Below are positions 18,497-27,469 of a stretch of 61,656 nucleotides of DNA, piece after piece. The notes under the pieces are model-generated. The model did not search any database, was not told the DNA's origin, and was given only the letters and a program-made list of their open reading frames with translations. The stretch lies in assembly GCA_043806975.1 (NCBI GenBank), contig JAZDGL010000069.1:1-61656 (forward strand). Reading direction: 5' to 3'. Within the stretch, counting starts at the first letter, position 1; each line of letters begins with the position of its first letter. This stretch comes from a bacterium. GTDB lineage: Bacteria > Patescibacteriota > Minisyncoccia > CAYZDR01. The position numbers and the translations under genes are program-made.

Positions 18497-18988
18497 ATGG
18501 ATAAAAATATGAAAAATATAAATACAATTCAGGATTTGGCGGGGGTAATGTTTGATAGGTTTGGCGCGCTAGAAAATGGTTTTAGCACATTGGAAAAGAA
18601 AATTGAAGATGTTGAAAAAAAGCTGGAAAGTAAGATTGAAGATTCGGAAAAAAGAATAGTGGGCAGGCTGGAAGAGAAAATTGAGGTTGAAATTGAAGGG
18701 CTGGCGAGAATGACGCAAAATAGTTTTATGGAAATGGAATCGCGGATGAATCAAAAGTTTGAAGATTTAGAAAGCAAAGTGGCAACTAAGGTAGAAATGA
18801 ATCAAAAGTTTGAAGATTTAGAAAGCAAATTAATTGAAAAAATAGAATTGGAAGTTGGAAATTTAGCAGTGATAACTAAAAATGGTTTTGATAATGTTGG
18901 GCAGCAAATAGCAGAGAATAAAGAAGCAATTGAAGATTTAGGCAGGAGGACAACAAAATTAGAAAAAGTTGTTTTTGCCGTAAAATAA
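18497..18988 (+). CDS. coiled-coil protein with internal tandem duplication
   Basis: Heptad-rich sequence. MNQKFEDLESK is repeated with a 17-aa period. The start was chosen downstream of the predicted promoter. Confidence 0.6.
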   Translation: MDKNMKNINTIQDLAGVMFDRFGALENGFSTLEKKIEDVEKKLESKIEDSEKRIVGRLEEKIEVEIEGLARMTQNSFMEMESRMNQKFEDLESKVATKVEMNQKFEDLESKLIEKIELEVGNLAVITKNGFDNVGQQIAENKEAIEDLGRRTTKLEKVVFAVK

Positions 18989-19019
18989 TTAGAAAAATAG
19001 ATTAGGGAAAAAGAAAGCA

Positions 19020-20699
19020 ATGGGAAAAATCAAAAAAGCTTTATTGTTTATCGCAGATTCTTTTAAGTTCGTCATTGGAGGAATTTTTAAGATTATTTTC
19101 GGCGCATTTTGGTTTATCATAAAACCGATTGTAAGACCGAAAAACGATCGCTCAAAAGCTAGGGTGGCTATTTTATTTTTACTAATTTTGGCGATTGCGG
19201 CGTTTTTTTATAATTATCCCGTTGGTTTTAACAATTTTGCAGATAAAATAAATGCAGGCAAAAACAATTTGGCAAAATCAGAAAGGCTGATTTTTAAATC
19301 AAAGGGTTTTGATCAATGGCTAGGGGGCTGGCAATTTCCTTATTTCTATTCCAAGGAATTTACTCTCGGTTTAGATTTAAAAGGCGGAACCCACTTGGTT
19401 TATTTGGCGGATTTATCCAGTATCACCCCTGAAAACTATAACGATTCTATGGAAGGGATTAAAGATGTGGTTGAAAGAAGGGTGAACGCCTATGGGATTG
19501 CTGAGCCAATTGTGCAGATTAGCAAAATTGGAAGCGAACGAAGGCTAATTGTTGATTTGGCAGATGTAAAAGATGCGAATGAAGCGGTAAAAATGATTGG
19601 CGAGACTCCATTTCTAGAATTTAAAGAAGAAAAAACACAGGAAGAAATAGAGCTAGAGAAACAGGCAAACCAAACTACGGAAACTGCGGAAAAGGCAGAC
19701 GCGAGTGGAAATGAGTCTAAAAAAGAAGATTCAATGCAAATAGAGGCGCTTGATAGCGCAGGGAATCCCGTTGGCGTTCAGACAGTCCCTGTGGATAATT
19801 CAAATGTGTATATTGATCCATTTAAATCAACAGGGTTAAATGGAAAGTATCTTCAAAAGGCGGAAGTCGTTACAAATCCATACACTTCCGAGCCTCAGGT
19901 TAGTTTGCAATTTGATTCCGACGGAAAAAAATTATTTTCAGAAATTACTCAAAGGAATGTAGGCAAGAGAGTGGCGATTTTTCTTGACGGTGTTCCTATC
20001 AGTATGCCAGTTGTGAATGATCCTATTTTGGACGGAAAAGCAGTAATTCAGGGGAGCTTTAATATAGAAGAAGCTAAACAGCTTGCGCAAAGATTAAATG
20101 CGGGGGCGCTTCCTGTGCCAATTAAGTTAATCGGTCAGCAAACTATTGGCGCAACGCTAGGAAAAGCTTCTTTGGATAAAAGCTTGAAAGCTGGCGCAAT
20201 TGGCTTGTTGGCAGTTATGGTTTTTATGCTTTTGTATTATCGTTTTCTTGGGCTTCTCGCGGATTTGGCGCTTTTGGTTTATGCGCTTTTATCTTTGGCA
20301 ATTTTTAAGCTTCTTCCTGTTACGCTAACGCTGCCGGGGATTGCTGGGTTTATATTGTCTATTGGAATGGCTGTGGATGCGAATGTTTTAATTTTTGAAC
20401 GAATCAAGGAAGAATTGGCGGATTCTAGAAAAACTTTGCAAACCGCAGTGGAAGAAGGTTTTAGCAAAGCTTGGCCATCTATCCGTGATGGAAATTTTTC
20501 TACTTTAATTTCTTGCGCGATACTTTTTATGTTTGCTTCTAGCTCTGTGAAAGGTTTCGCGCTTACTCTGATAGCGGGTATTCTAGTAAGTATGTTTAGC
20601 GCCATTATTGTTACTAAGGCTTTTGTTAAATATGCAATTTTTTCAAAAGTTTTTGGGTGGACAAAAAAGATAAAGTTTTTGTGGAAATCAGGAATTTAA
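19020..20699 (+). CDS. secD: protein translocase subunit SecD
   Basis: Large periplasmic loop followed by 6 TM segments. LGLDLKGGTHLVY, GIAGFILSIGMAVDANVLIFERIKEE. Confidence 0.9.
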   Translation: MGKIKKALLFIADSFKFVIGGIFKIIFGAFWFIIKPIVRPKNDRSKARVAILFLLILAIAAFFYNYPVGFNNFADKINAGKNNLAKSERLIFKSKGFDQWLGGWQFPYFYSKEFTLGLDLKGGTHLVYLADLSSITPENYNDSMEGIKDVVERRVNAYGIAEPIVQISKIGSERRLIVDLADVKDANEAVKMIGETPFLEFKEEKTQEEIELEKQANQTTETAEKADASGNESKKEDSMQIEALDSAGNPVGVQTVPVDNSNVYIDPFKSTGLNGKYLQKAEVVTNPYTSEPQVSLQFDSDGKKLFSEITQRNVGKRVAIFLDGVPISMPVVNDPILDGKAVIQGSFNIEEAKQLAQRLNAGALPVPIKLIGQQTIGATLGKASLDKSLKAGAIGLLAVMVFMLLYYRFLGLLADLALLVYALLSLAIFKLLPVTLTLPGIAGFILSIGMAVDANVLIFERIKEELADSRKTLQTAVEEGFSKAWPSIRDGNFSTLISCAILFMFASSSVKGFALTLIAGILVSMFSAIIVTKAFVKYAIFSKVFGWTKKIKFLWKSGI

Positions 20700-20714
20700 A
20701 AACATTATAAATTT

Positions 20715-21593
20715 ATGCAAATTATTAGCAAAAGAAAAATTTGGTTTATTTTTTCAGGATCACTTGTCGTGGCAAGCATCGCGGCAAGCCTAGTGTGGGG
20801 ATTAAATTTTGGAATTGATTTTTCAGGAGGTTCTCTTGCGGAATTTGAATTCAGCCAGCAAAGACCAGCTAACGATGAGATTAAAGAAAGTTTAAAAGAA
20901 ATAAATTTAAGCGGGCTTGATGTTGCGATTTCGGGAGAGAAAAATGTTATTTTAAGATTTAAAGATACGGAAAAGCGGGTTGAAATGGAGAATAAGCTAA
21001 AAGAAAAGTTTCCTGATGCGAGCGAGGTAAATTTTGAATCAGTCGGTCCAACGATTGGAAGGGAATTGAAAATAAATTCCGTAAAGGCGCTAGTTTTGGT
21101 AATAATCGGTATTGTAATTTATGTCGCTTGGGCGTTTCGCCATGTGAGCGAGCCGATTGCTTCATGGAAATACGGAGTTGCCGCGGTAATCGCCTTGATC
21201 CACGATGTGTTAATTGTCGTTGGGGTGTTTGCTATTTTGGGAAGATTTTATGGCGTTGAAGTGGGAGTGCCATTTATAGCCGCGCTTCTGACCATTTTGG
21301 GATATTCTGTAAATGATACGATCGTAGTTTTTGATAGAACAAGAGAAAATCTAGCAAAAATTAGCGGAGATTATGATGGCATTGTGAATACTAGTATTAA
21401 CGAAACTATTGCCCGTTCAATCAATACTTCTTTTACTACTTTTTTGGCTTTAACGGCGGTTTATATTTTCGGCGGAGAAACCACGAAGTATTTTATGCTT
21501 GCTTTGATGGTCGGGATTGTTGTAGGCACTTATTCTTCTATATTTTTGGCAAGCCCGATTATGGTTGTTTGGGAAAAATTTAATAGAAAGTAA
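20715..21593 (+). CDS. secF: protein translocase subunit SecF
   Basis: GIDFSGGS, LIHDVLIVVGVFAILG, GYSVNDTIVVFDRTREN. Confidence 0.9.
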   Translation: MQIISKRKIWFIFSGSLVVASIAASLVWGLNFGIDFSGGSLAEFEFSQQRPANDEIKESLKEINLSGLDVAISGEKNVILRFKDTEKRVEMENKLKEKFPDASEVNFESVGPTIGRELKINSVKALVLVIIGIVIYVAWAFRHVSEPIASWKYGVAAVIALIHDVLIVVGVFAILGRFYGVEVGVPFIAALLTILGYSVNDTIVVFDRTRENLAKISGDYDGIVNTSINETIARSINTSFTTFLALTAVYIFGGETTKYFMLALMVGIVVGTYSSIFLASPIMVVWEKFNRK

Positions 21594-21624
21594 AAAATAA
21601 GTGTTTTGGGCAGTGAAGAAGGGT

Positions 21625-21660
21625 AAAAAATAGGCATAGACAAATTCTAGCCTATTTTTT
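21625..21660 (+). terminator. candidate terminator after secF
   Basis: AAAAAATAGGC-13 nt-GCCTATTTTTT. The stem is A/T-rich and the loop is large, so support is moderate. Confidence 0.45.
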
Positions 21661-21680
21661 GTTTTAGGGGTGTTCGCAAT

Positions 21681-21709
21681 TTGACATATTTTAAATGGTA
21701 TGATATACT
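21681..21709 (+). promoter_or_regulatory. sigma-70-type promoter
   Basis: TTGACA, 17-nt spacer, TATACT. It lies upstream of the repeat at 21750 and the gene at 21878. Confidence 0.6.
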
Positions 21710-21749
21710 TTTAGCAGTTAATCAAATAGATGCAATTTTAAGCGAAAAA

Positions 21750-21861
21750 TATAGCTTTTGCAAAACAAGTTTTCGGATTTTCTCTCTTTTTACCTCCCAA
21801 GGCGGTCTGCCTCAGGCGGAAGAGGGATTTTAAAATAAATTTGTTGCGTGGAAGCTGTATA
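21750..21861 (+). repeat. family-1 repeat, divergent copy
   Basis: TATAGCTTTTGCAAAACAAGTT...CCTCCCAAGGCGGTCTGCCTCAGGCGGAAGAGGGATTTTAAAATAAATTTGTTGCGTGGAAGCTGTATA. Confidence 0.75.
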
Positions 21862-21877
21862 AATAAAAGGGGAAAAT

Positions 21878-22981
21878 ATGCAAAGATATTTAGATATTGC
21901 AAAATTAGAGTTCAAAAAACATCCCGATCCGATTGTTTTGACTAGGGAAATTTTGAAGGTTCTTCCCGAAAGAACCAAAGAAGTTGCCGTAAATAGATTC
22001 GGTCTTTTAGGCGATGAGCCAAAAACTCTTGAAGGCATTGGAAGAAGTTATGGAATTACTCGAGAAAGAGTGCGTCAAATTGAATCCAGCGCTTTTAATA
22101 AAATTAAGCATCTTAAAGCCGATCAGCAAATCAATCCTTTGGCTGATATTTTGGAAACAATGATTCAGGCGGAGGGCGCTGTTATTTCGGAATCCCGTCT
22201 TTTGAATGATATTTTGGAATTTTCCACAGAGGCGGCTGAATTAAATAAACGAGCGGTAAGGTTTATATTGTCTTTACACGATAAATTTGTTAAAATAAAA
22301 GAAAGCGATAGTTTAAAATCTGCATGGGCAATTGATAAGAACCAAGTGGAAAAAGCCAAATCGCTTATTAACGAATTTATTAAAGCGTTTGATAGTGAAA
22401 AAAGAGTAGTCCCCGAATCAGAATTAAAGCAGTTTATTTTGCAAAAAACTGATTTAACAGAAGAAATTGAATCTTTGTCCGATGACGCGATCGTCTCTTT
22501 TATTGAAATCAGCAAAAATGTAGGGAAAAATCCTTTTAATCAATGGGGCAAAAAAGAGTGGGCGGAAATTTCTCCAAGAGGCGTTAGGGATAAAGCATAT
22601 TTAGTAATGTCTCAGTGCCGCCAGCCGATGCATTTTAGAAAAATTACTGAAAAAATTAACGAAGTAGATTTCAAAAATGGGAAAAAGGCTTTTTCTCAGA
22701 CCGTTCATAACGAGTTGATTAAAGATGACAGGTTTGTTTTGGTGGGGCGGGGAGTGTATTCTTTAAGAAACGACGAATCTGAATCAGACAAAGTCAAAAA
22801 GAATATCGTTGAAATTTTAAAAGCATCTAACAAGCCAATGAGCAAAGGCGAAATAATTGAAGAAATTCTAAAAAAAGGCGACGCGAGACGCAATACCATT
22901 GCTATCAGTTTGCAAGATTCTAAAATTTTCAAAAAGACAAAAGAAAACAAATATACATTATGCCAATCCTTGCAATCCTAG
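21878..22981 (+). CDS. sigma-70 region-4-like HTH protein with C-terminal HARE-HTH-like domain
   Basis: LEGIGRSYGITRERVRQIESSAFNKIK is sigma region 4.2. The C-terminal segment HNELIKDDRFVLVGRGVYSL resembles the RpoE-delta/HARE winged helix. Confidence 0.65.
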   Translation: MQRYLDIAKLEFKKHPDPIVLTREILKVLPERTKEVAVNRFGLLGDEPKTLEGIGRSYGITRERVRQIESSAFNKIKHLKADQQINPLADILETMIQAEGAVISESRLLNDILEFSTEAAELNKRAVRFILSLHDKFVKIKESDSLKSAWAIDKNQVEKAKSLINEFIKAFDSEKRVVPESELKQFILQKTDLTEEIESLSDDAIVSFIEISKNVGKNPFNQWGKKEWAEISPRGVRDKAYLVMSQCRQPMHFRKITEKINEVDFKNGKKAFSQTVHNELIKDDRFVLVGRGVYSLRNDESESDKVKKNIVEILKASNKPMSKGEIIEEILKKGDARRNTIAISLQDSKIFKKTKENKYTLCQSLQS

Positions 22982-24249
22982 AAACAATAAAGAAAGCCCT
23001 ATTTTTTACGCTTTCTTTATGGTGGATTTATGTCCCAATTTTTTTATTAGGGGTGTTTAAAACTCGCTGGTTGTTGTATGTGAATGGGAAATATGTAAGT
23101 TCGTTAAAATGGGTTCTTTTTGAAGTGCAAATTCCGCGGGAGGAAACTTTTGGACCGAAAGCTATGGAGCAAATTTTTGCGGGTCTTTCTGGGACGGGAA
23201 GCAAGGGCAATTTGCTAGCGAAATATATTCAAGGCAAGGTTCCCGATTGGTTTAGCTTTGAAATTGTAGGGATAGATGGAGAAGTCCATTTTTTTATTAG
23301 AGCTGTGGCAAGACAGAAGAATTTATTAGAGTCTTTGATTTATGCTCAATATCCTACTGCTATTATTCAAGAGGTAGAAGATTATGCCGCTAGAATTCCC
23401 AAAGATGCTCCGAATTCGTCTTTTGATGTTTATGGATCGGATTTTATTCTTGCGGGGGCAAATCACTTGCCTATTCGCACATATCCTCTTTTTCAGGACA
23501 TTTACAGCAAAGATATGGTGGATCCGCTAAATAGCTTTATGGAAATTCTTACCAAGCTTCAGCATGGAGAGCTTTTGGGAATGCAAATTTTAATTAGAGC
23601 GTCGGACGGAAGCTGGAAAAAAGACGCAGATAAAGAAGTGGCTAAAATTATCGGAAAAAAAGTTGCGCCTACTCCTAAAACAGGTTTTGATGATGTCAAA
23701 AGCCGAGTGTTGTTTGAGTTTAGCGATATGAAAAGAATGTTTTTTGAAGGTTTAATATCGGGAGAAACCGCGCCAAAAGATTATCCAGAGGACAAAAAGC
23801 CCGAAGGCGTGGGGGAATCAATGGTGCAATATCTCTCGCCGGGAGAAAAAGAAGCGGTTGGGGCGATTGAAATGAAAACTTCAAAAATTGGCTTTGAGTC
23901 TGCAATGAGAATATTCTATTTTTCCCGCCAGGATACGAAAAATGTTATGAATTTTTTTGCTGTTGCGGGAGCGCTAAAACAGTTCACTATACAAAATTTA
24001 AATGGGTTTAAGCCCGATGCTGACACGATAACGAATGTTGATTATATCTTTAAAAATTTTAGAATTCTTTATCGGAAAAGGCTGCTTTTAAATAAATATA
24101 TTCTTCGTGATATTTTTAGAACCGTATTTATTTTGAATACAGAAGAATTGGCAACTTTGTATCATTTCCCTGGAATCTTGGCGAAAGCTCCGATGTTGTC
24201 GCGAGTAGAAGCCAAGCGCGCTGAACCGCCGATGTCGTTACCTATATAG
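22960..24249 (+). CDS. hypothetical membrane-anchored protein upstream of TraD-like ATPase
   Basis: N-terminal TM segment (LWWIYVPIFLLGVF). No recognisable catalytic motif. It overlaps the preceding gene by 22 nt. Confidence 0.6.
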   Translation: MPILAILETIKKALFFTLSLWWIYVPIFLLGVFKTRWLLYVNGKYVSSLKWVLFEVQIPREETFGPKAMEQIFAGLSGTGSKGNLLAKYIQGKVPDWFSFEIVGIDGEVHFFIRAVARQKNLLESLIYAQYPTAIIQEVEDYAARIPKDAPNSSFDVYGSDFILAGANHLPIRTYPLFQDIYSKDMVDPLNSFMEILTKLQHGELLGMQILIRASDGSWKKDADKEVAKIIGKKVAPTPKTGFDDVKSRVLFEFSDMKRMFFEGLISGETAPKDYPEDKKPEGVGESMVQYLSPGEKEAVGAIEMKTSKIGFESAMRIFYFSRQDTKNVMNFFAVAGALKQFTIQNLNGFKPDADTITNVDYIFKNFRILYRKRLLLNKYILRDIFRTVFILNTEELATLYHFPGILAKAPMLSRVEAKRAEPPMSLPI

Positions 24250-24257
24250 TCAGCATA

Positions 24258-24290
24258 AAGCTATAACTTCCGCAAAACAAATTCCGATAT
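24258..24290 (+). repeat. family-1 5' half element
   Basis: AAGCTATAACTTCCGCAAAACAAATTCCGATAT stops exactly where the family-2 element begins. Confidence 0.7.
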
Positions 24291-24442
24291 GGACTTACGC
24301 GTTTGGTGCATTTCTTCGTCAAATACTGCGGTGCTTGCTCGCCGTACCTTTAAGTACGCCTTCCCCTCCTTTCGGAGGAGGGGTTAGGGGAGGTGCGGGA
24401 TCCTCGCATTTTCCTTGAACTGCGCTCAAATGCGCAAGCCCT
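24291..24442 (+). repeat. family-2 GC-rich structured repeat, copy 1
   Basis: About 152 nt. By hand alignment it differs from the copy at 50977-51129 by 9 substitutions and one 1-nt indel. It has imperfect TIRs and a central CCCCTCCTTTCGGAGGAGGGG hairpin. Confidence 0.85.
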
Positions 24443-24465
24443 AATATCATAATTTAAAACTGTTT

Positions 24466-26436
24466 ATGAATAACATTACTTATTTTGCTAAAACAAATTT
24501 TAGAAATCAAGAGAAAACTTTTGGAATAAAGCCTGACGATCGCCGCCGCCATGTGTATTTGATTGGAAAGACTGGTATGGGAAAAACTGAATGTATGAAA
24601 AATATGGTGATTCAGGATATCCAAAACGGGCATGGTGTAGCAATTCTTGATCCGCATGGAGACGCGGCGGAGGATCTTTTAAATTTTGTTCCGCCTTCAA
24701 GAATAAATGATGTTGTTTATTTTAATCCTGCTGACGAAGAAAACCCAATCGCGTTTAATATCTTGGAATCTGTTGATGGAAGGGACAAAAAATATTTGAT
24801 TGCGTCGGGGCTAATGGGAGTTTTTAAAAAGCTTTGGCCTGATGTTTGGAGCGCCCGAATGGAATATTTACTTAATAACACGATTCTTGCTCTTTTAGAG
24901 TATCCTAGCAGCACAATGCTGGGGATAAATAGAATGTTTTCCGATAAAGAATTTAGGAAAAAAGTTGTGGATAGGGTGACTGATCCGCTGGTTAAGTCGT
25001 TTTGGGTGAATGAATTCGCGAAATATACCGATCGGCTTGCGACAGAGGCGACTTCGGCGGTGCAAAACAAGGTAGGACAATTTTTGTCTTCTGCGATTAT
25101 CCGCAACATTATTGGACAGCCAAAATCAACGATTAGTATGCGGGATATTATGAATAATCAGAAAATTTTGATAGTAAATCTTTCCAAGGGTAAAATCGGC
25201 GAAGACAATATGAAGCTTTTGGGGGGAATGATTGTGACAAAATTACAGCTGGCGGCGATGGAAAGGGTGAATATTCCCGAAGAAGACAGAAAAGATTTTT
25301 ATCTTTATGTTGATGAGTTGCAGAATTTTGTAAATGAATCTTTCGCGGGAATTCTCTCTGAGGCAAGAAAATATCGCCTTTCGCTTACTTTGGCACATCA
25401 GTATATTAAGCAGCTCCCAGAGGTTATTCGCGACGCTATATTTGGCAACGCGGGAACTTTAATAACTTTTCGCATAGGCGCGGAAGATGCGGAATTTTTG
25501 GAAAAAGAGTTTGAGCCTGCCGTGATGATGAATGATATTATCAATCTTCCGAAATATAATATTTATTTAAAATTGATGATTGATGGGATTACCAGCAATG
25601 CTTTTAGTGCCGTTTCGCTCCCCCCGATGAAACCGGCAGAGGCTAGCTCGGTTGATAAGGTGGTTAAGGTTTCAAGAGAGCGATATAGCAAGAAGAAAAT
25701 GGAAGTAGAAGAAAAAATTATTCGTTGGATAGGCGTGGATATAGGCGATAATAGTAAAGGAAATTTGGCGGGCAAAGAAAATGGGGGTTATTCAGGCAGC
25801 GGAGGAGGCGAAAATCCTCCCGAGATGTTTAAAGCAGAGTGCGCCCAGTGCGGAAAGCCGACTTTTGTTCCGTTTAAGCCCGATGAAAGGCGGCCTGTCT
25901 TTTGCGAAAAATGTTTGAAGAATTTAAGAAGCTCGGGCGCCACTTTTTCATACAAGAAAGCAGGAAATGGGCAGGAGCAAAATGGAGCGGTTCAAAATAA
26001 AGAAAATAGAGTTAGCGAGGCGCCGAATCTGCCTAAAAAAGAAAATTATTCGCAAAATAATAATAATCAAGAGAATAATAATTATCGCAAGCCCGGGTTA
26101 AACCAATATAACAATGATCTTTTAAGCGAGGCTCCCAAAAAAGAAGTTTCTATTAAAGATGCTTTACAAAAAGCTTTGGCAGGGGAAACGAGCAAACAAG
26201 TGGTTACAAAAAGTCGCCAAAAAGAGGTTGATGTGGCAGGAATAAGGGATTTAGTAAGCAATGTTTTGAATAAGCGAATGGGGAGCGGAGATGGCGGGGA
26301 AAATAAGAGCGATGAAAATGGCAAAGGTATTGCGGATGCGGGGGTAAATAATTTGTCAGGACAAAATTTAGAAAAACCTTCTTCCGCGCAAGCAGGGAAT
26401 GAGCTTAAACAAGGAGAAGAGGTAAGATTTTCTTAA
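24466..26436 (+). CDS. TraD/VirD4-like (type IV coupling protein family) P-loop ATPase with C-terminal CxxC-x17-CxxC zinc ribbon
   Basis: Walker A GKTGMGKT, Walker B FYLYVDELQNF, LTLAHQY. CAQCGKPTFVPFKPDERRPVFCEKC at about 25840-25914. Low-complexity N/Q/G-rich tail. Confidence 0.75.
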   Translation: MNNITYFAKTNFRNQEKTFGIKPDDRRRHVYLIGKTGMGKTECMKNMVIQDIQNGHGVAILDPHGDAAEDLLNFVPPSRINDVVYFNPADEENPIAFNILESVDGRDKKYLIASGLMGVFKKLWPDVWSARMEYLLNNTILALLEYPSSTMLGINRMFSDKEFRKKVVDRVTDPLVKSFWVNEFAKYTDRLATEATSAVQNKVGQFLSSAIIRNIIGQPKSTISMRDIMNNQKILIVNLSKGKIGEDNMKLLGGMIVTKLQLAAMERVNIPEEDRKDFYLYVDELQNFVNESFAGILSEARKYRLSLTLAHQYIKQLPEVIRDAIFGNAGTLITFRIGAEDAEFLEKEFEPAVMMNDIINLPKYNIYLKLMIDGITSNAFSAVSLPPMKPAEASSVDKVVKVSRERYSKKKMEVEEKIIRWIGVDIGDNSKGNLAGKENGGYSGSGGGENPPEMFKAECAQCGKPTFVPFKPDERRPVFCEKCLKNLRSSGATFSYKKAGNGQEQNGAVQNKENRVSEAPNLPKKENYSQNNNNQENNNYRKPGLNQYNNDLLSEAPKKEVSIKDALQKALAGETSKQVVTKSRQKEVDVAGIRDLVSNVLNKRMGSGDGGENKSDENGKGIADAGVNNLSGQNLEKPSSAQAGNELKQGEEVRFS

Positions 26437-26446
26437 GGTTTTTATT

Positions 26447-27460
26447 ATGGGAAAGGCAAGGCTAGATTTAGCGGGAGTTTTAAGGGGGCAAACAGATTTT
26501 CGGCTTAAACAGATAAGCCAAAGTTTGTTTAATCCAAAAATTAGAGGCTGGGACGAAATAACAAGTCTTCCAAAAGGTTTGCGGGAAAATTTATTAGATA
26601 ATATCCCGTGGGTTTTTTTAAAACTAAAAGAGCTACAAATTAGTGAGAAAGATGGATCTCAAAAGGCGCTATTGGAGTTGGAAGACGGGAATTTAATTGA
26701 AGCGGTTTTAATGGGAAATGCTAGAGGAGGATACACGGTATGTCTTTCAAGCCAAGCGGGGTGCCCTGTTGGATGCGCTTTTTGCAGCACGGGACAGATG
26801 GGTTTCGCGCGCAATCTAACCAGCAATGAAATAATTGACCAGTTTAGGTTTTGGCTTTATAGAAATGACAAAATCAATAATATCGTTATAATGGGGATGG
26901 GAGAGCCGTTTTTAAATTATGAAAATGTGAGAGACGCCGTAAGAAGCATTATAAAGTATTCTGAAATCGGTCCGAATCACATTGTGGTGTCTTCGGTGGG
27001 GATAATAGATAAGCTGGAACAGGTTTTGTCTGATGAGAGCTGGCCAAAAGCGCGATTGGCAATTTCGCTTCACAGCGCCATTGATTCTACCCGCAAAAAA
27101 ATAGTCCCTGTCCACAACGAGACATTTTTTGCCGATTTGATCGGGTGGTCTAAAAAATATTTGGAAAAGTTTGATGCTAGAAATAGCCATTTGTCTTTTG
27201 AATATATTTTGCTGGAAAGCATAAATGACTCGCAAGATGAGGCGCAGGCGTTGGTCAGTTTTTTAAAGGAAATTGGTGATAGGGACAGGATAAAAGTTAA
27301 TTTAATCCAATATAATCAAACTTTGGGAAGTTTTTCTCCGTCTAAACGGATATTTGATTTTCAGAATACGATTAAAAATGCTGGGATTTTTTGCGCGATT
27401 CGCAAGTCTTATGGAAGCGATATTTCAGCCGCTTGCGGGCAATTGGCGGGGAAAATTTAG
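26447..27460 (+). CDS. rlmN: 23S rRNA/tRNA adenine-C2 methyltransferase, radical SAM
   Basis: CPVGCAFCSTG radical-SAM cluster, MGMGEPFLNY, and a C-terminal DISAACGQL. Confidence 0.88.
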   Translation: MGKARLDLAGVLRGQTDFRLKQISQSLFNPKIRGWDEITSLPKGLRENLLDNIPWVFLKLKELQISEKDGSQKALLELEDGNLIEAVLMGNARGGYTVCLSSQAGCPVGCAFCSTGQMGFARNLTSNEIIDQFRFWLYRNDKINNIVIMGMGEPFLNYENVRDAVRSIIKYSEIGPNHIVVSSVGIIDKLEQVLSDESWPKARLAISLHSAIDSTRKKIVPVHNETFFADLIGWSKKYLEKFDARNSHLSFEYILLESINDSQDEAQALVSFLKEIGDRDRIKVNLIQYNQTLGSFSPSKRIFDFQNTIKNAGIFCAIRKSYGSDISAACGQLAGKI

Positions 27461-27469
27461 TGATTTTAA

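Noticed and set aside
24291-24442. Family 2 might be a riboswitch or leader for the downstream gene.
   Set aside because: The two copies precede functionally unrelated genes (a TraD-like ATPase and frr). One copy is nested in another repeat. Mobile or generic structured element is the more economical reading, and I recognise no riboswitch consensus.
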